This document shows, one piece after another, positions 46,259 to 59,900 of a DNA stretch of 64,000 nucleotides. The notes under the pieces are model-generated. The model saw nothing but the letters and a program-made list of their open reading frames with translations. It searched no databases and was not told where the DNA came from. This DNA is from Hormiphora californensis (taxonomy: Eukaryota; Animalia; Ctenophora): NCBI GenBank assembly GCA_020137815.1, contig CM035354.1:1984001-2048000 (forward strand). The letters are read 5' to 3'. Each line of letters begins with the position of its first letter. Positions within the stretch are counted from its first letter, which is position 1. A program made the translations under genes and the position numbers.

Positions 46259-49200
46259 ATGAATGGGGCAAGTAACAAGAAGAAGATAAAGCTTTGCAAT
46301 GTGACCCTTGAGCTAACTCCCACAAGACCCACGGAACTAGATCACATCTTTCTGGAAGATGTTATATCCAGTGGAGGACATGATAACAAAAGTCAAGCTG
46401 AGGACAGCGACTCCAAATGTTTCTCAACACCAAACCGAACTGGTGCACCGTCCTCGCAGATCCCTCATAAATCACCCTTTTCCATATCATCACATAAAGC
46501 AGAGGTTTCAAAAACTTTTTATAGATTTTGTTTTACCCAGTCAGATTCTATAATATTCAATTGAAAAACTAAATAACATGCCTCTGTTTCAGAACCAAAC
46601 GTCCCCGTTTACCTCTCCCTACTCGAGTACACCGATATCAGGAAATGTTAGCATTTCCCGCTCCTTCGATACACCCTCCTTCCATTCCCCCATCTTCAAA
46701 CCGGACACATCGTCTTTCAACACACTTGAGGTTCGTATATACAACATTTTAATTCTAAATTGGAATTTGACGAACGCTAAATCACTATTTGAACTGAGTA
46801 TCAGGGGGTACAATGTTGGTTTAGATAAAGTACAAACCAAACACTATATTCGTTTTATTCGTATTAGATTAGACTATCTGTACCAGGAACCGACCGAATC
46901 AGGAAATACTGGTCCCTGATTGGTTGATAACTAGTCACGTAACCTAAATTACGAGTTCTGATTGGTTGTTTACTTGTTTCGGTCGGTTCCTAATCTGTAC
47001 TACTAGGTAGGGTCTTCCGATGTACCACTTTAATTGTGTTTTGTTCTCAGTTAACAGAGTTACTGCAGTTAAAACTGGTAAACTCGCCCTGTATAAAGAG
47101 CGATACAATCCTGATATGGAATACTGACCTAGAAACCCCGCCCGCCCAAATTCCATCTCGGGATGTGCCTTGTACCCCTCCACGTACCACTCGCTCCAAA
47201 CAGGTAATTTGTCTACAAATATTATTATCATGATTTTGTAGCTAGTGCTTTGAAAGCGATGTTTTCTGAATTTTATGAAGTTGCTATGAATTGTGTTTTT
47301 TACTTGGTAATGAAATTCCCCCTCTGCGCTAGCTCACTTATGCAATAATAGGGGTGACTTCGTAACCAAGTTTTTTACCCGTAACTCCCCTCAGTGGATA
47401 AACAAAAAGTTGTTTACGAGCCCCACCACAGCCGAGGTTGACATTAGTGCAACTAGCCTGGATAGCGAGGCCAACTGCTCAAAACGTGGCAATGATCAGA
47501 TCCCTCCGGAGGGGGGTGAGGTTGCTGTCAGTGTGTCTGTGGACATGGCAGAGTCCAGTTTCAGTGGACCGGTACAGGGTGATAATTCTGTTATCATGGA
47601 TGAAAGGAAGGAATCTTTGACCGAATCCAATTCTATGGTTGTAGGTGGACAGAATGAGAGCGGAGGCATAATTGATGGAGTTGGCGAAGGGAAGAAGATT
47701 TCATGTCAATCAGATCCCAACGCAAATGATACTGCTTCTTTCCATATTAAAGATGCAACATTCGAAGATGATTCTAAACAAGGGACTGCAAGTGAGGTCG
47801 TAGAAAAAGAAGACGAGGTTGTAGAACTGGACTCTCTAAGAGAATCAACTGTGCAACAGAAGGTAACTGCCCCGGAGATGAGTGACAGAGAGGACGACTC
47901 ACTTCCTGCATTCCGGTACCCAACCCAGGCACAGACGCAGTTCCAAGCTCCCCCTGAGGACCTTTTCAGCCAATGGACTGACGAATACTGGAGTAAGCTA
48001 AATGAGAAACTAAATGAGTTCACTGCTTCAAAATCAGGAGCATCCGAAACAACATTTTCAAAACCAGAATCCTGTCGTGAGGTACTTGAAAAACCTGAAA
48101 GGCCTGCTTTGGTATCTGTTGAAAACTTGCAGCAAAGTCCAATAACATCACGAAAAAAAGAGCCTTCTGCAAGTTTGCCAAAGAAACCAGCTGAGCTAAA
48201 AAGTTCCAACAAAAAACCGCCATCTGGGAAGCAGAAGAGATCGATTTTTGGAACCGAGGACTTTTCAGACTTGAAATTAGCTACAACTGCTAAAAGTGCG
48301 GGTGGGCTTTTCGCAGGTGAAGATTTATCCGATCTTGACCTTACAAAAGGGTTTGGTGGATTTCAAAATGCCCGCTCCAACTTCTCTATGCCGAGCAAAC
48401 CAGCCGGTTTTTCGACGGCGTCGGGGAAAAACGTATCCGTATCTAAATCTGCATTGGAAGCCATCCGTTCCTCTCAACTCCCCTCCGAAACAAAGAAATC
48501 ATCTTCAAGTATCTTCGCCGAAGATTTCTCCGATCTCGACCAATTGAATCTTCCGTCACAAAGCGGCTTCAAAAGTGCTTCTTCCAAGCTGATAGCACCT
48601 TCACTCGGGGGTGGTTTTTCAACAGCGTCCGGAAAGAATGTCTCTGTCTCAGAAACTGCACTCAACCATATCAGGTCTTCTCAGATACCGGAAAAACCCT
48701 CGGACACAAAGAAATCATCTTCAAGTATCTTCGCCGAAGATTTCTCCGATCTTGACCAATTGAATCTTCCGTCACAAAGCGGTTTCAAAAGTGCTTCTTC
48801 CAAGCTGATAGCACCTTCACTCGGGGGTGGTTTTTCAACAGCGTCCGGAAAGAATGTCCCTGTCTCAGAAACTGCACTCAACCATATCCGGTCTTCTCAG
48901 ATACCGGATAAACCGGAAACATCTTTTGGCGGGTTCGCTACGGCCTCCGGTAAAAACGTGTCCATTTCGAGCGAATCATTGAATCACATTAGGTCATCCC
49001 AGCTTCCCAATGATAATTCCATTCAGCTCGGAAAGATTGGAACGCTCAAACCCCAAACCACTGGATTCTCAACGGCTTCAGGGAAAAATGTTGGCGTGTC
49101 GGAAAGTGCACTGAGCCACATTCGATCATCCCAACAAGTGGTTTCAGGGTTTTCTACGGCGAGCAAAAAGCCTGTTTTACCTGATAAAACTGTTACTCCA

Positions 49201-52200
49201 GTACGACCGCAATCAAGTATTTCCCGGACATCAGCACAGCGTCCATCGACCACAACTCTCCCAGTTAGCAGTAATGTAACTCCAATCAGGACCCTTGGTG
49301 GATTTACAACCCCTCAGGCAGTAGGTTCCTCCCGATCTACTCCAGTCTCAGCGGTGCCTGCTGTGTCTGAGAAGACCCGGAAACCTATCGAACCAATTAC
49401 CGGACCATTGCGAAAACGAAGGTAATTGCTCAGCAATTATTGCAGTTTGTTTATTGTAGGATGGTTCCCCACTAAGGGAACCACTCTACCATAATGAATA
49501 TATATCGTGTGCATCTCATCATTAACATTATAATCTGACCAAAATTATCATCTATTCCCTCTTTTTTCAGGAGGCTTTCTCGAAACAGGGGTTTCACGAG
49601 CCCTGTTTTAAACACAGACAGAACACGTGGCATTATCTCGAGTTCGCCGATTAGCCACAGAAACCGTTCAGATCTCTCCCCGATCATTACCTCCCCCAAT
49701 CTTGCAAGGTTAGTTTTGGGCTGATTTAGATTCAACTGTGACGACTGCACCAATTTACAGTATATTTATTTATTACAATCCCTCCTCCCTCCCTTCAGAG
49801 GAATTGCGGAAGAGCCAACTGATCAAGGGACATTCATTACCCCATACAACAAGAATAACCCACCAGCTGCTCCCCAAACTCCCAACTCCGTCCAACCTTC
49901 CTCCAAATCTCTACTGTGGGGCACGGGAATCTCAGACCCTGACTCCTTCATAAAACACTCCACCGCCGCCCAGAACTCCACCGCCGCTCTCCAACCTCCT
50001 GCACATTTCACGACCGAGGAATTGTTTGAGCTGGGTGTCTCCGTGGGTGCAGAGGAGATAACACCAGACAACTCGGAGAGTTTCCGATTTTCCCGACCTG
50101 ACTACTTCACCCTCACCCAGTCGTCCACAGTACCCATCCCGGGTTGCGATGTGGTGGTGCACCTCAAGGAAAACTGTTCAGCTGGAATGGCGGAATTCCG
50201 CACTGCCATGCTCGGTCTGCCCAAGATCAGAAAGGGATATCTTACCGAGGAGTGGTTTGCTAACCACTTTAGACTGGTTGTATGGAAGTGTGCGGGGCAG
50301 GAGAGGAGCCAACCTCACTCCTTCGCTGGACATTCACTGACCCCGGGCAATGTCATGTCACAGTTGCTATACAGGTAGGGAGATAGATACTTGTAGTGTC
50401 ATAATATTGTAATCTTGATCTCTTTAACATGAATAAGTATTCCCGTTAAATACTCAAACGGGACATATATCACCACATGATACACACCTCAGGTATAGCG
50501 TTGAGGTTGAGGAGGGAAGGAGATCTGCCCTGCGGAGGATCTGTGAGAAGGATGACACCCCCGGGAAACCCCTGACACTCTGTATCACGGCCATCCTAAA
50601 AGATACAACAATTGAAGTCACTGATGGGTGGTATTGTCTGGTGTGTGAACTTGACACAGCCCTTTCAGTGCTGGTACAGAGAAAGGTATTCCAGGATATA
50701 TTTTAATTTGGTGCTAGCAAATACGGGATTTAATTGTGAAGTTTATTGGCCGGTCAAATATCGACATCCCCCTTATCAGGTGTTGAGACCAGGAGTGAAG
50801 TTTATCAGCTTTCAAACTGCGGTAACTGGACCTCACAGCGATGGGATACCACCTTTACAAGCCCGAGAAACCCTCAAATTGAGGGTTAACTACAATTGTG
50901 TCCGGCCGGTTGTGTGGTATGCTCCGCTTGGTTACACATCCGTTTCGGCCATGCCCGTCTTACCAGTTAGAGCGCTAAGAGAAGAGGGTGGGCTGGCGGC
51001 GTGTGTGGAGGTAGCTGTGATCAGGGAATATCCTACCATGTATCTAGAGACCACTGCTCAAGGTATTTTGATCACTTTGCCGGGCTACTTCCTACTATGT
51101 AATTTCTTGCTTCGACCCTGTCTCACATAACAACCAATTCCCATTCAATGCACCTATATCATTATTGAGGAAGTTTTGTTTTCTCCTTCCGGCTGGACAA
51201 ATGAGTAGACGTGGTTTTTATTGTAGAATAATAGCGTTATTCTACAATAAAAACCACGTCTACTCATTTGTCCAGCCGGAAGGAGAAAACAAAACTTCCT
51301 CACTGATATGCGGCTAATAAACAATCAACCGATCCTTATTCTCTATATCATTATTGTTTTGGCACTGTAGACTGTAGAGCTACCTAACTCTTCGTCTAGG
51401 TAAAAAGTTTTTGACGGAAAGACAGAACGAAAAGCGGGCAGGGGAGTATGAGAGAACGAGGGAGAGAACGATCGAGCGTGTCAGTGCAGAGGTAGAGAAA
51501 CAGGGCAGGAAAAGAAAGGTGACAAGGGAGGAGATAAAGAAGCTGGAGTCAGGTGAGAAAAGCGGGAATGGTGCCCGCTGGGGGCCTCTTTGGGGGCACC
51601 GGGAATGGTGCCCGTTGGGGGCCTCTCTGGGGGCACCGGGTGCCAACCTCCGGTCGCGGACGCTTGCACTTTTCTGACCCCTCAATTCCCATTGCTAGCA
51701 CTTTTCAACCTGGGTCTTTGAAGGAGCTAATATGATCTGAAACACCCCTTTCTTCATTATCTTCTTTCATTATCTTCTTTTTCTCTCTTACCCCAGGCGC
51801 TGAGTTGTACGCAGCCCTACACGGTGATATGACATCTGTCTCTGACCTCCTATCTGACAGTCAGATGTCTGCTCTACGGGAATACCAAGATATCGCTATC
51901 AAGGAGATGCAGGATAAGGTAATGACTATAGGAACCGACCGAATCAGGAAATGCTGGTCCCTGATTGGCTGATAAGTAGTCACGTGACCTAAATAACGAG
52001 TTCTGATTGGTTGTTACTTGTTTACTTGTTTCGGTCGGTTCCTGGTAATGACCCTCCTTGTGACCAGTCTCACACTCAAAATTTCAGTTAAATCCTCTCT
52101 TACCATCTTGAGTATATATTATACCAACTCACTAAATACCGTCTCTCTCTCTATTACTACCTGATTTCCCAAATACCGTAAAATTACCGTGGCCCTTTGT

Positions 52201-53686
52201 AAATCTAAATGATTACCACCTTGAATCTATCTTCTCCTAATAGATATCAGATGAGGTGAAAGAGAAGTGTCCGCCAAGGAAGATATCCCGGTTGGTAAAG
52301 TACAGGGTGGCCTGTTGCCACTCCTCCCAGCAACAACAGCCTGGGACTATCTTGACTGTGTGGAACCAGCAGACTCAACTGACATCTGGTAGGATAGGAA
52401 TCATTCAAATTACGTCAAACAACATAATTATACTAATATTTTGATTTGTTCGAACAAGCAAGTATATAAAGGAGGGTTAGAACATATAACAATTTAGTTA
52501 TAGCGCAGTTCCATCACACAGTGTGAAATGATATCACACATTCCCCCCCCCCCTAGGCCGTGTTTACCAGATGACGAATGTGCTGCTAGGTCGACACCGC
52601 ACCCTCGCTACCACCCGCTCCACCTCCTACCGGGAAACACCCACCACCACCTTCCCCTTTCCTCCCCCCAAACCCCTCCTGACACCCCGGACACTGGTTT
52701 CATCATCCTGCAGTGAGGTGGACTTGATGGGCCGGGTGTTGGAGGTCTCACCGGGCAGGGTGGTCCTGGGTGACACTGAGAGGGCTGTTGAGTGTGTTGT
52801 AGTAGGTGGTGACGAGGTTACAGCGGGTGTTGGGGTGTCAGTGACGGTGGTGAACCTCCAAGTGTTTGGGAAGAGATACAAAATTAATGAGAGGTCAACT
52901 GTGAGCACCTCTCCACGGGATCGGAAGTTGAAAGAACAGCTGGAGGAGTTCTCTAAATCACTTTCAGCCATAACCTCCCCGTCTCACTGGACGACACTAC
53001 TGACGAACCTGGCACACCCCGTACCTCCTGTGTGTAGTACTGGGAGTGATGACGAAATGTGGGATAGTATCCCCGATCTACCTCCATTGGAGGCCTTTAA
53101 ATGTAGCACAGATCAAACCAGGTACCTGTGTTGTTAACTTGTTTCTGTTGTCTTGTACTGGGGGTTTACTGGTTTCTGTTCTCTTTCTCTTTTCTCTATT
53201 TAACTATCGCTCGCTACCTACCTTTCTACCTATCTCTCATACACATCTACAGACCGCTACAGATTGCATGTAATCGATGTGTGTGTGTGGGTATGTTGAG
53301 CTATAATTATAATGTGTATGCGTTAGTTTGTAAGTCCGTCTATTTCCTGTCTGTCTGTCATTATGTGTACCTGTTCGGTGACCTCTCTGTGTATTGTGTA
53401 GAAGGAGAGAGGATGCCCTGTTTATCCCAACCTGACCCATACAATCTCCAATCACAGGAACCTGACAAAGCCTCGTCCCTCCTCCTCCTCCACCCGTCCC
53501 GCCTCCTCCTCCTCCACCACCCGTCCCGCCCACTCCTCCTCCTCCACCCGTCCCGCCCACTCCTCCTCCACCATCCCTACCTTCTCAACAGATGACCATA
53601 TTGCGGAACTGAACTGTTCTACCCGGTGTGAGAAGGACTTTGTGACCCCTGTTAAACCATACGATTATAATGACATTTTTGATTAA
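46259..53686 (+). CDS. BRCA2: BRCA2 orthologue: BRC repeats in a 2-kb exon (~47395-49421), helical domain, OB folds
   Basis: Five GF(S/A)TASGKNV repeats; EEWFANHFRLVVWK, QLLYRY.VEVEEGRRSALRRICEKDD, IEVTDGWY, LRVNYNCVRPVVWYAPLG, VIREYPTMYLE. Confidence 0.95.
46884..46992. mobile_element. hAT-type ~109-bp MITE
   Basis: Same family, TSD atctgtac. Confidence 0.88.
51165..51303. repeat. Perfect ~66-bp-stem hairpin in a BRCA2 intron
   Basis: tgaggaagttttgttttc...tagaataa tagcg ttattcta...gaaaacaaaacttcctca. Confidence 0.9.
51929..52044. mobile_element. hAT-type MITE next to a BRCA2 donor
   Basis: Same family; gtaatgac occurs on both sides. Confidence 0.85.
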
Positions 53687-53946
53687 CTTATTTCCAGAGG
53701 TACGCCAATCAGAGAGGGATGTAATGTGGCTTCATAGATATATTGATTTTGAAGATGTTTACTTTTTTTGCTGTGCAAAATATGACACACACACACACAC
53801 CACATTTTTGTTACGTTACCCTCTCACACGTTTTTTTAATTGTTATGTACATCAAATTTTTAGTTTAGCACGTAAAATGAACCGTTTTGATTCCCTTTCA
53901 ACTTCCCCGTTTCGACCGTTACTAATCACACACCTGTATTTTAGTC

Positions 53947-56900
53947 ATGTTGACGCCAGGTCGCAGATCACGCCGGTCAATACTGACCCCCTCTAGATCG
54001 AACTCAAGGGTGGCAAGCCCTGCTCCTGCTGTCATTGAGAAACCACGGGTGAGTGCTTTTACATAAATCTTTTACCAGACAACTGAATATATCGCTTCCA
54101 GAAATGAGTTTTTTAACGCCTATTACACGTGTTTTATCACGCTTTACTTACCCATTCTAAACAGTTCGTTTCACTCATCCAGGTAATATCCGAGACATCC
54201 CAATACAAACTGGAAACAATCCCTTGGTCTGTTCACTCTGTCGCCAGGGACAGTCTAAAGAAGAGACGGGCTACCCTCTCAGGCATATCTGACAGTCTGG
54301 GTTACGTGGCAGAGGGTAACAGGGTGGTGGTTTGGATGGTAACGGGGAATAAGATGTTTGAACTGGCACTACCTGACACGGTGGCTGCGGTCCATCTGAC
54401 TGAGGAAGGGGGCGCTGTTGTGAGGACAGTCCGGGGTGAAATACTCAGGTACAGATTTGGTAATGAAATTCCCCCTCTGCGCTAGGGGTGACTTCGTAAC
54501 CAAGGTACAGATATCTTTTTACTACCAGGATTAGTAGCTTTTGTCGATATACACAAACGTAGGATACCCCCTCCAACATTGATATGAAACTTACAAGCAT
54601 GTACTGGCTCCCCCCCCCCCATTTTCTGGTTTGTCACGAAGTTTCCCCTTGAAACTCCACCTCTCTCCATCAGGTGGGCTCGAGTGGACCAGCCACAGAG
54701 GTACCATACCCTGAAGGGTGTGGATGGGGTAGTGGACTCGACCCTTCACAAGGACGATGTGGTCCTCCTGGATGGGAGCCACTCTGTGTGGGTGTGCGGG
54801 AGGGGCGTACCGGCCACCCAACTAAACCCACAATCTACACTTGGAGGTAACTGGCGCGAGTATTCAACCTTATAATTACAAATAGCTTATCAAATAACTT
54901 AATATTAATTAACCTACTAATTAATTAATTATTATCTCCCCTGAAGGAATATCCAGGAGGGTCAGTAGCATGTTCTGGGCTGCACCAGAATCCCAACTTG
55001 GTGAGGCACAACGTATTGTGTCCTGTGGTGATGTCGTGTTCGTTGTAGGATCAAGGGGAATCCAGCGTATCCACGAGAACGCGGTATGATACCCCCCTCG
55101 GCCTGAGCCTCCCCTGATAATCCATCCTCCACCGGCCACCTCCCCTGATAAGCCATCCTCCACCACCCCTCCCCTGATACCGCCCTCCCCTGGAAAGCCC
55201 CCAGATCCAGTATCATGAATCATGATACCACCCTCTCTCCCCTGATTCCCTTCTTTTAGCTGTCTTACATGTTCCACACTAAGTGTATACTGTATAGGTA
55301 CAATCCTCTCAATTACAACCCCGATACAGGTGACCTGGACTACTGATTTGGCCCCCCTTGTCTCTTCACCCAGTGTCAACATACTGGAAGCCGTGTAAGT
55401 ACTACACATGTGTCCATAACTTGCACACGTGCATGGGTCTCAACTGTTAATAGGGCTCACACACAAGACACTTACACAATATATCTAGTGGGCTACATGT
55501 CACAATACACGTGATACTACCTCCCAAACTATCTTGATGGCTCTGCAAGCAAGTCATGACATAGAAGCTCATTTATGCATATATCATCCGTAACCCCTAG
55601 CCTCTATTACATACCATTTTGATTAGCCCTGTTCAATCCTCCTAATATCCTCCAGTAACCCTCTGTTATTCCTCTGTTAGCCCCCTAACATCCCCCCTAA
55701 TTTCCTCAAGTATCTCTCTCCCATCCCTCCATTTACCCTCTCCCATCCCTGCAGTGCACACGAAGGATCCCTGAGATGTCTAATAGACGTGGAGGGAGAA
55801 GTGAGGATTGTTAGTTTGAGTGCCAACCACACAACCCTCCCTACATCCGTTGATTCCTCCCTTTCTATTGAGGTTGGTAGTAATCGGGGTAGTACGGAGA
55901 GGGGGTAGTACTCGCCTGATACTTTCTGATTGGGCACAGTGCGATCCGAGGCCGGTGCGGTCAGCCGAGGCCGGTTGTTAATAACCAACTATTGAGGTGT
56001 CTGATGGGTTAAACATATATACCACTCTCCCACCCCCCAGGTAGATGATGTTGGTACGTCCCTGTGTCTCATGTCCCCACTCCCCATGCCCACCCCACTC
56101 TCCCACCCCAGGTTGATGATGTTGGTACGTCCCTGTGTCTCATATCCCCACTCCCCATGCCCACCCCACTCTCCCACCCCCAGGTAGATGATGTTGGTAC
56201 GTCCCTGTGTCTCATATCCCCACTCCCCATGCCCACCCCACTCTCTCCCCCCAGGTAGATGATGTTGGTACGTCCCTGTGTCTCATATCCCCACTCCCCA
56301 TGCCCACCCCACTCTCCCACCCCCCAGGTAGATGATGTTGGTACGTCCCTGTGTCTCATATCCCCACTCCCCATGCCCACCCCACTCTCCACCCCAGGTA
56401 GATGATGTTGGTACGTCCCTGTGTCTCATATCCCCACTCCCCATGCCCACCCCACTCTCCCACCCCCAGGTAGATGATGTTGGTACGTCCCTGTGTCTCA
56501 TATCCCCACTCCCCATGCCCACCCCACTCTCCCACCCCCAGGTAGATGATGTTGGTACGTCCCTGTGTCTCATATCCCCACTCCCCATGCCCACCCCACT
56601 CTCCCACCCCAGGTAGATGATGTTGGTACGTCCCTGTGTCTCATATCCCCACTCCCCATGTCCACCCCACTCCCTCCCGCCAGGTAGATGATGTTGTTAC
56701 GTCCCTGTGTCTCATATCCCCACTCCCCATGCCCACCCCACTCTCCCACCCCCAGGTAGATGATGTTGGTACGTCCCTGTGTCTCATATCCCCACTCCCC
56801 ATGCCCACCCCACTCTCCCACCCCCAGGTAGATGATGTTGGTACGTCCCTGTGTCTCATATCCCCACTCCCCATGCCCACCCCACTCTCCCACCCCCCAG

Positions 56901-59900
56901 GTAGATGATGTTGGTACGTCCCTGTGTCTCATATCCCCACTCCCCATGCCCACCCCACTCTCCCACCCCCCAGGTAGATGATGTTGGTACGTCCCTGTGT
57001 CTCATATCCCCACTCCCCATGCCCACCCCACTCTCCACCCCAGGTAGATGATGTTGGTACGTCCCTGTGTCTCATATCCCCACTCCCCATGCCCACCCCA
57101 CTCTCCCACCCCCCAGGTAGATGATGTTGGTACGTCCCTGTGTCTCATATCCCCACTCCCCATGCCCACCCCACTCTCCCACCCCCAGGTAGATGATGTT
57201 GGTACGTCCCTGTGTCTCATATCCCCACTCCCCATGCCCACCCCACTCTCCCACCCCCAGGTAGATGATGTTGGTACGTCCCTGTGTCTCATATCCCCAC
57301 TCCCCATGCCCACCCCACTCTCCACCCCAGGTAGATGATGTTGGTACGTCCCTGTGTCTCATATCCCCACTCCCCATGCCCACCCCACTCTCCCACCCCC
57401 CAGGTAGATGATGTTGGTACGTCCCTGTGTCTCATATCCCCACTCCCCATGCCCACCCCACTCTCCCACCCCCCAGGTAGATGATGTTGGTACGTCCCTG
57501 TGTCTCATATCCCCACTCCCCATGCCCACCCCACTCTCCCACCCCCCAGGTAGATGATGTTGGTACGTCCCTGTGTCTCATATCCCCACTCCCCATGCCC
57601 ACCCCACTCTCCCACCCCCCAGGTAGATGATGTTGGTACGTCCCTGTGTCTCATATCCCCACTCCCCATGCCCACCCCACTCTTCCACCCCCAGGTAGAT
57701 GATGTTGGTACGTCCCTGTGTCTCATATCCCCACTCCCCATGCCCACCCCACTCTCCCACCCCCCAGGTAGATGATGTTGGTACGTCCCTGTGTCTCATA
57801 TCCCCACTCCCCATGCCCACCCCACTCTCCCACCCCCCAGGTAGATGATGTTGGTACGTCCCTGTGTCTCATATCCCCACTCCCCATGCCCACCCCACTC
57901 TCCCACCCCAGGTAGATGATGTTGGTACGTCCCTGTGTCTCATATCCCCACTCCCCATGCCCACCCCACTCTTCCACCCCCAGGTAGATGATGTTGGTAC
58001 GTCCCTGTGTCTCATATCCCCACTCCCCATGCCCACCCCACTCTCCACCCCAGGTAGATGATGTTGGTACGTCCCTGTGTCTCATATCCCCACTCCCCAT
58101 GCCCACCCCACTCTCCCACCCCCAGGTAGATGATGTTGGTACGTCCCTGTGTCTCCTATCCCCACTGCCCATGCCCACCCCACTCTCCCACCCCAGGTAG
58201 ATGATGTTGGTACGTCCCTGTGTCTCATATCCCCACTCCCCATGTCCACCCCACTCCCTCCCGCCAGGTTGATGATGTTGGTACGTCCCTGTGTCTCATA
58301 TCCCCACTCCCCATGTCCACCCCACTCCCTCCCGCCAGGTAGATGATGTTGGTACGTCCCTGTGTCTCCTATCCCCACTCCCCATGCCCACCCCACTCTC
58401 CCACCCCAGGTAGATGATGTTGGTACGTCCCTGTGTCTCATATCCCCACTCCCCATGTCCACCCCACTCCCTCCCGCCAGGTTGATGATGTTGGTACGTC
58501 CCTGTGTCTCATATCCCCACTCCCCATGCCCACCCCACTCTCCCACCCCAGGTAGATGATGTTGGTACGTCCCTGTGTCTCCTATCCCCACTCCCCATGC
58601 CCACCCCACTCTCCCACCCCCAGGTAGATAATGTTGGTACGTCCCTGTGTCTCCTCCAAGAAATGGCGGTGCTATATGTGGAGAGTGGGCCGTGCACCAT
58701 AGTGAATCTGAAGAATGGAGTGGCAGTACCTGTACCTGTGGGCGATGAGTTGTGTGCCGCTCATAGTGGACCTGGCTGCTTCAACCTACTGTCTAGGTAT
58801 AGTCGGACAGAGTTAGGAAACTTGGCCCTCCGTATTGAGTCACCTGACACTGTGCCGCACACAGTGTGTCCGTGCTCCGCACAATTCAACTCCTGAGTTT
58901 GGTTAAAAGTGTAGTTTTAAACCGAATCTTGATTCTTGAGTTTCTTCTAATTTGACTGTCTCTTTTCAGGAACTCTGGGGTATTAAAGTTGGTCGTTAAG
59001 GATGTGAAGACTACCGTCCAAGTGAAACCAGATGAGACACTAGAAAACAAGTTCTTGAGTGCCTTCAAGTGTTTCCTCGACTTTGGAGAGAGCGAGGAAC
59101 AATCTACCCTCCAGGTACTATATTGTTCTGTTCTAACCCTCCTTTACATTTGCCGTGCGGGGCGCTGTGAAACAGGGTCGGGCAAGGCAAGGCTTAAACT
59201 ATAATTCGGCTTTTCTATAGTAAATAAACTTTAGATTTATATAGTCTCTTGGATAATAGTTTTATTTTCGGGATAATCACACATTGATCCCGCTCTCAGG
59301 AGATTCTTGGTACAGGGGATGAGTGCCAGATAAACCAGATTGTTTCTGACCACGCTTCATTCCTTGTATCAGCAACACCTGCTGCTGACCCCCGGTGGAG
59401 CAGCAATGGCAGTGACTCTACACTCCCCATTACACCTGGTAGGTCATTTAATGACGTAATAATATCTCATGACGTCATAATTGTGACGTCATAATGATGT
59501 TTATATCAATCATGAACCGACCGAATCAGGAAATACTGGTCTCTGATTGGCTGATAACCAGTCACGTGACCTAAATAACGAGTTCTGATTGGTCAATCTA
59601 ACCTCCAACTATTATTGTACAGAGCTGCAGGTTGCCGAGAGGATTCGGAGGCTCCAGGGCCTGCTCCAATTCATTGTCACTACCCAGTACTTTGATAATT
59701 ACAGGGAGCACATCATGGATATTCTGATATCGGTGGAGAAATGTATTATTGCACAGGTAATCCGAGATAGAGATTAGATCATTATGACGTCATTGCTGTC
59801 CACTGACACGTCATAATGACACGTCATTACAGGTGTTGTGTGGGTGTAAAAGTGACATCTTGGCCACTGCCATCTCCCAAGCTGCGTCTGCTTTCCCCAA

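Noticed and set aside
55989-58700. Many overlapping Gly/Trp- or Pro-rich ORFs
   Set aside because: Translations of the 72-bp satellite
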